64,000 nucleotides of DNA from Desulfobacteraceae bacterium (GTDB lineage: Bacteria; Desulfobacterota; Desulfobacteria; Desulfobacterales; SURF-7). The DNA lies in the NCBI GenBank assembly GCA_003599865.1, contig QZKS01000013.1, forward strand, positions 2,414 to 66,413, read 5' to 3'. Made by a program: the position numbers and the translations under genes. Shown here piece after piece: positions 59,767 through 64,000 of the stretch. The stretch's first letter is position 1, and each line of letters starts with the position of its first letter. Below the pieces are notes generated by a model, which searched no databases, had not been told where the DNA came from, and worked only from the letters and a program-made list of their open reading frames with translations.

Positions 59767-60921
59767 TTAACTGTTTTCTATTTGCATTTCCCATATGGAA
59801 TACAAATATCTATTTAAAACATCGTGATAACTTGTCACACCCTGGAACATCTCAATTGGAACTTTTAATGGGAGTTTCCCTTGAGATTTCTTTGAAAGAA
59901 TTTTCAGATATTGTTTAATCTCATTTTCTGACAATCCTTGTAAATTTATATACTCGCAATTGGGCATCGGTGGTATTGTAGGTAAAGCAATTAAAATGAT
60001 AGAAAAATTTGTAATATCATTTGATTGCTGAAAATGAATGAGTTCTTTCAATATACTGATTGGGATATCCTGCGCGGCCCTCACTATTAAATAAAAAGGA
60101 GAAGGCTCGAGTTGTTGTAAGGTCTCTTTTGCTTGTGATTCCCTATCCTCTATGCGTTTTGAAAGTTTTCTTTCATTATTATTAAAGCTGTTTAAAATTA
60201 TCATATTGTATATATCAGATATCCGCATACCGTATTTTGACAACCCTAAATCAGAGGATGAAATTGATTTATAAAATATATTATTTTTAATCATAATATC
60301 AGATATATATCTTGAAATTACTGTTTTTCCCATCCCATACTCACCAGTTATCAGGCAGTTAGCCTTTTTGCCACTTTTTATTATACTCTCAATATATTGA
60401 GTGATTTTTATCACATCCCTCGTAATAACCATATCGCTTTTACTCTTAACTATAAAAGTTGATGGTAAAATTTTTAAAGCTATCATTAAATCATTCAATG
60501 ATTTTTTTGTGACAGGTTCTGCAAATTCATTATACAGCTTCGAAACGAGTATGGACTTCAAACCACCTTTTAACGGGATATTTGTTTCAGTAGTAAACTC
60601 GTCAATAACTGCATAGAATCTATCCATCAGTGAGTAGTCTATATATCCGGCTGTATTCATATTTACCGAGGGCTTACGAGACTCTTCTTGATATGGATCG
60701 CCCTCACCGGTCACAAACCATTCGGTTTTGACATTAAATTTTTTACAAAAAGATTCGATAAAATCGCCATTCGGAGAACTAATTTTCCGTCTATAATTAT
60801 TTACCGTGCTTTTGTTGCATCCAATGATTTGAGCCAGCTTTTCATTAGATAGCCGCCTCTTTTTTATAACATCATCAATTATCCAACTTGTTCGTTCTTT
60901 TAAGTTCAAATTACCCCTCAT
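59767..60921 (-). CDS. CI-type HTH repressor-like N-domain fused to an ExeA/TniB (AAA_22)-like P-loop domain
   Basis: 384 aa. N-terminus LSNEKLAQIIGCNKSTVNNYRRK...NVKTEWFVTGEGDPY is CI/XRE-type HTH. Walker A is LITGEYGMGKTV. At the expected Walker B position the sequence is YLIVRAAQDI. This is followed by SIILIALPTI and INLQGLSENEIKQYL, which parallels ExeA-like ATPases. Confidence 0.78.
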   Translation of the reverse strand: MRGNLNLKERTSWIIDDVIKKRRLSNEKLAQIIGCNKSTVNNYRRKISSPNGDFIESFCKKFNVKTEWFVTGEGDPYQEESRKPSVNMNTAGYIDYSLMDRFYAVIDEFTTETNIPLKGGLKSILVSKLYNEFAEPVTKKSLNDLMIALKILPSTFIVKSKSDMVITRDVIKITQYIESIIKSGKKANCLITGEYGMGKTVISRYISDIMIKNNIFYKSISSSDLGLSKYGMRISDIYNMIILNSFNNNERKLSKRIEDRESQAKETLQQLEPSPFYLIVRAAQDIPISILKELIHFQQSNDITNFSIILIALPTIPPMPNCEYINLQGLSENEIKQYLKILSKKSQGKLPLKVPIEMFQGVTSYHDVLNRYLYSIWEMQIENS

Positions 60922-61068
60922 TATTTAGTTTAATTTAATCGTTATTTATTTAAACCATAGCTAAAATTGCCAGCAAAAAATTAAACCGCTATAACCATCT
61001 GGATTATCATTCAATAGCCCATTGAACCAAAAAAAAGTATAAAAATGCAAATTAAACCTCAAAATCTA

Positions 61069-61096
61069 TTGACTTTGACTTTTTTTCCGTTTATTA
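61069..61096 (+). promoter_or_regulatory. Candidate early rightward promoter of the element
   Basis: TTGACT (61069-61074; a second TTGACT is at 61075-61080), 16-nt spacer, TATTAA (61091-61096). It is flanked by an 11-bp inverted repeat and lies about 60 nt upstream of the Ner-like gene. Confidence 0.4.
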
Positions 61097-61158
61097 AGGG
61101 TAATAATGAACGGAAAAAAAGTTACCACAAAAAGCACAATAACACATAGGAGATCAAT

Positions 61159-61371
61159 ATGACCCCCTTGGAAATCAAAATAGCCCTTATGTGTGCCGGT
61201 ATTTCTCAATCAGAAATAGCCCGTAGATGCAATGTTAAACCTCCCCAAGTACATCGTGTTGTTAATGGGGATGTGTCAGACAACGTTCGCAGAGAGATTG
61301 CAGCGGCAATAAAAAAAGATGTTAAAGAAATTTGGCCTGAATATTATCTCCGGAACGCTCTTTCAGCCTAA
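61159..61371 (+). CDS. ner: Ner/Nlp-like small HTH DNA-binding protein
   Basis: 70 aa. AGGAG RBS. ISQSEIARRCNVKPPQVHRVVNG HTH and a C-terminal EIWPEYY, which parallels Mu Ner ...VIWPSRY. Confidence 0.78.
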   Translation: MTPLEIKIALMCAGISQSEIARRCNVKPPQVHRVVNGDVSDNVRREIAAAIKKDVKEIWPEYYLRNALSA

Positions 61372-61411
61372 AATTTAGTTTACTTCTTAACTTTAAATTT
61401 AAATTTCGTCA

Positions 61412-61891
61412 ATGACTAAATTAAAGCAAAAAATCGACACACACAAGCAGCTCGATATTTTCGATTTCATCAAGCAAAACTCGAAACCAAGGGTTGCTAC
61501 TGAGGGGAAATATAAAATCATTGATGCTCTCAGAAAGGCTATACGAGAAAATATCAAGACTTGCCCTCTTTCAAGACATCAAATTGCAGGTCAGATGTCA
61601 CATTTTTTAGATGAATCTATAAGTAAAGAAATGATTGATTCATGGACCCGACAATCCGACGAATTAAATGGAAGAACACCTCGACACATTCCTGCCGAAT
61701 ACCTTCCTGCTTTTTGTTATGTAACCGGAAGCTGTGAGCCTATAAAAATTTTAGGCCACATTGTAGGCCTTTTTGTAATGCCCGGAGAAGAGGCCCTTCG
61801 TGCTGAGATTCAACGTCTGGATGAAGAGGCTAAACAAATTCAAGCAGAAAAGAAAAAACGGATGCTTTTTCTCAAGGAGATGGAAAAATGA
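61412..61891 (+). CDS. Hypothetical early-region protein (possible HTH plus C-terminal coiled coil)
   Basis: 159 aa. LSRHQIAGQMSHFLDESISKEMIDSW is HTH-like. The C-terminal EALRAEIQRLDEEAKQIQAEKKKR is coiled-coil-like. No clear SD. The stop overlaps the next ORF (ATGA). Confidence 0.55.
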   Translation: MTKLKQKIDTHKQLDIFDFIKQNSKPRVATEGKYKIIDALRKAIRENIKTCPLSRHQIAGQMSHFLDESISKEMIDSWTRQSDELNGRTPRHIPAEYLPAFCYVTGSCEPIKILGHIVGLFVMPGEEALRAEIQRLDEEAKQIQAEKKKRMLFLKEMEK

Positions 61892-62088
61892 AAGATGAAA
61901 AAGAAATAGTTACCAATGGCGTTCGCCTGGCCGGTGTGTTTGGCAAACTTAATATTACCTGTCGGTTTGCTACTATTTATAATCCTTGTGCAAAACCCAT
62001 TGAGCGGGTCTTTAAAAATGTAGTTCAGCCCCAATTTCCGGATTCAGCAGCGTCCGATCAGGGCATGAACAAAGGTTGGAATAATTAA
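61888..62088 (+). pseudogene. Decayed fragment of a second Mu-like transposase (region around the catalytic Glu)
   Basis: KEIVTNGVRLAGVFGKLNITCRFATIYNPCAKPIERVFKNVVQ aligns with KEIVIKGVRVGGVFGKLNVNRRYATAYHPWAKPIERAFRNVVQ of the intact gene (63439-63567). DNA similarity continues (GATCAGGGCATGAACAAAGG vs GATCAGGCCATGAACAACGG), but in a shifted frame. Confidence 0.62.
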
Positions 62089-62166
62089 ACTTTTTTTACC
62101 ACCGAAGGTAAAAAAAATAACTATACCATATTTTAACCATAGTTCAGCAAGTATAAATTATTAGAT

Positions 62167-64000
62167 ATGGAAACCCCTTTTACGCATATTACAGCAGCTC
62201 AAATTAAAGAAAAAAGCGGTAAATCTATTCAATCTATACATAAAAAACTTAAAAAATTAAAATGCCCTTTTCGCTTAGTCCAGGGAAGAGGTAAACCATG
62301 CAAAGAGTATCTTTTTTGCGGACTTCCCGGAGAAATTCAAAATATTTTATTATCAAAAAAAAATGGTAAAACTAAAAACGAACAAGAGTCAGCAAACCCA
62401 TCAAAAAATACATCTACTGAGATAAAACCTGTCAATATCAATTTTTTAATATCAGCAACCGATAATCCAGAAAAAAAAGAACCTTGGCATAGTTTACCGG
62501 ATTCTCAAAAGGATAAAGGGTTTGCTCTTCTTAAAATAGTTAACCATGCAAGAGATATTCATTCCGCAACCAAAAAAGGAAAAATCAAACAACTTAAAAA
62601 GTATGCTCACAAGGAAGGGGCCAGCCTGCCAAGCTTATTAAGATATATGAAACAGGCGAACACCGCCCTTGCCCTCTCTAAAGAAACCAATCAAGACCCC
62701 ATATTTGCTCAAATCAAAGCGCTTACACCAAAATATGGAAAAAATAAGGATAAGTTCAGGGCATTTGATCAGGATGCGATAGCATATGCATGCGGGCTGT
62801 ATTTGAATCAGAAACATCTGAATATTACAGATATATATAAAGAAACCATGAATGCCGGAAGAGCTGAAGGCTGGCGAACTGGCTCATATGATTCTCTTCG
62901 TGACATTCTACTCAGGATAGATTCAGCCACAACTACACTGGCAAGAAAGGGCAAGAAACGCTTTGAAGCTGATCATATGGTCAAAATTCTCCGCAACTAT
63001 AATGAAATTTGGCCAAACTTTATGTGGTGCGGGGACCATCATATATTTGATGTTTTTGTGAAGCTTCCAGACGGTAAAGGTGGGTGGAAATTCCTACGGC
63101 CTTGGCTTACAGCCTGGATGGATATGCGAAGTCGTTCTTTCATGGGGTGGGTAATATCCTTCAACCCCAACTCGCGTTGTATTGCAATGGCCCTGGCACA
63201 CGGTATTTCGTGCAAAAACGATCCCAATTTTCCCCAACATGGCAAACCAGATTCGGTCTACATTGACAACGGAAAAGATTACCGCTGCAAATATCTGAAC
63301 GGAGAAGAGGTCAAAATCGGAACCATTGACTATCCAGCCATTATAGAAAAATACGCGGCTCTGGGCATCGACCCCTTCTATATCGATCTGGAATATGACC
63401 CGGAGCAAGGGGTGTGGATCAAAAAACGCGGACAAAAAGAAATCGTCATCAAGGGTGTGCGCGTGGGGGGCGTATTCGGCAAGCTCAATGTAAACAGGCG
63501 GTATGCAACTGCATATCACCCGTGGGCCAAACCCATTGAACGGGCTTTTCGGAATGTGGTGCAGAGTTTTTCCCGGAATCTTCCGGGATGGTGCGGATCA
63601 GGCCATGAACAACGGCCGGAAAAACTGAACTTTGAATTAAAACGCGGAACCGTTCTGACATCTGATGAGTTCTGCCGGAGTTTTTATGACTGGGTTGTAA
63701 ACGTATATCATAAAACCCCGCATCGTGGAAACGGAATGAACAACATGACCCCGGATCAGGTGTTTACTTCTTTGATGCCTTATCCAAAAACAATTGATCC
63801 CCAGTTGCTGGATTTTGCCTTAATGAAAAAAGAGCGAGTGAAAATTTATAACTGGGGCTTTACTTTGAACGGGAGAGATTTTGAGCTTGATCTCCCCATA
63901 AATCTTGAAGGCGGATACCTGGCAAACAAAATGATTGGAGAGTTTGCAAGTATCCGGTTTGATTATGATCATAAAAACATCCGTGTTTATAAAAACGGGG
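62167..64000 (+). CDS. Mu-like DDE transposase (MuA/rve family), 3' end outside the window
   Basis: Absent from the ORF track because no stop is reached. Hand translation from the ATG at 62167 is open to nt 64000 (611 codons). Lys-rich N-terminal DNA-binding region. Candidate DDE residues: D290 (WCGDHHIFDV), D367 (SVYIDNGKDY), E458 (HPWAKPIERAFRN). Confidence 0.88.
   Translation, partial: METPFTHITAAQIKEKSGKSIQSIHKKLKKLKCPFRLVQGRGKPCKEYLFCGLPGEIQNILLSKKNGKTKNEQESANPSKNTSTEIKPVNINFLISATDNPEKKEPWHSLPDSQKDKGFALLKIVNHARDIHSATKKGKIKQLKKYAHKEGASLPSLLRYMKQANTALALSKETNQDPIFAQIKALTPKYGKNKDKFRAFDQDAIAYACGLYLNQKHLNITDIYKETMNAGRAEGWRTGSYDSLRDILLRIDSATTTLARKGKKRFEADHMVKILRNYNEIWPNFMWCGDHHIFDVFVKLPDGKGGWKFLRPWLTAWMDMRSRSFMGWVISFNPNSRCIAMALAHGISCKNDPNFPQHGKPDSVYIDNGKDYRCKYLNGEEVKIGTIDYPAIIEKYAALGIDPFYIDLEYDPEQGVWIKKRGQKEIVIKGVRVGGVFGKLNVNRRYATAYHPWAKPIERAFRNVVQSFSRNLPGWCGSGHEQRPEKLNFELKRGTVLTSDEFCRSFYDWVVNVYHKTPHRGNGMNNMTPDQVFTSLMPYPKTIDPQLLDFALMKKERVKIYNWGFTLNGRDFELDLPINLEGGYLANKMIGEFASIRFDYDHKNIRVYKNG

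Larger units (their letters stand above)
59534..64000. mobile_element. Left arm of a Mu-like transposable element/prophage; continues beyond the window, and the left boundary is uncertain by about 15 nt
   Basis: Abrupt drop to about 18-33% GC (hand count on individual 60-nt lines). Terminal direct repeats are present. The gene order matches Mu: leftward repressor-position HTH gene, rightward Ner-like gene, then a DDE transposase. The host MFS gene is truncated at the junction. Confidence 0.72.

Noticed and set aside
63039-63519. Antisense ORFs (68 and 141 aa) and a 60-aa alternative-frame sense ORF (63084..63266) inside the transposase gene
   Set aside because: They lie within the catalytic core of a clearly recognisable DDE transposase, so they are shadow ORFs.

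Overview
The window is a 64-kb chromosomal segment from an anaerobe. Gene content suggests a Desulfobacterota-type (Desulfobacterales-like) acetyl-CoA-pathway organism, but that taxonomic guess is inference only.

Layout:
- 1-19.6 kb: housekeeping genes. These are an MtaD-like deaminase, HU, two paralogous Fe-S proteins, a PAS-LuxR regulator, an AsmA/YhdP-like giant protein, polA, queF, recD2 and an OmpA-family porin.
- 19.8-30.7 kb: a complete CODH/ACS (Wood-Ljungdahl) gene set on the + strand. The order is RACo/acsV, cdhD/acsD, cooS/acsA, acsB, acsC, acsE. It ends in a clear rho-independent terminator.
- 30.8-36.2 kb: redox genes, namely a FixC/FixX-like pair and NfnAB-like genes.
- 36.3-41.4 kb: thiD, thiL, an HD hydrolase, prfB (classical +1 programmed frameshift, reconstructed by hand) and lnt.
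- 41.8-49.4 kb: a STAS protein, an amidase, tig-clpP-clpX-lon and four tRNAs (Pro-UGG, Leu-UAG, Val-UAC, Asp-GUC).
- 49.5-58.8 kb: pepN, ssb, a THUMP methyltransferase, an LVIVD-repeat protein and a zinc-ribbon membrane protein.
- 58.9-64.0 kb: the only clearly accessory region.

In the accessory region an MFS transporter gene is cut at about half length. The cut falls exactly where an AT-rich Mu-like transposable element starts. The element shows:
- four direct copies of a TTAGTTTGATAA-type motif at its end;
- a leftward CI-type HTH fused to an ExeA/TniB-like P-loop domain whose Walker B looks degenerate;
- a rightward Ner-like gene;
- a decayed fragment of a second transposase;
- an intact DDE (MuA/rve-like) transposase that runs off the window.

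Three real-looking genes are missing from the ORF track because they are under 60 aa or frameshifted: an FmdB zinc-ribbon protein, a 55-aa ORF next to queF, and the first segment of prfB. I saw no rRNA and no CRISPR array. All family assignments rest on motif and sequence recognition by eye. No database search was run.
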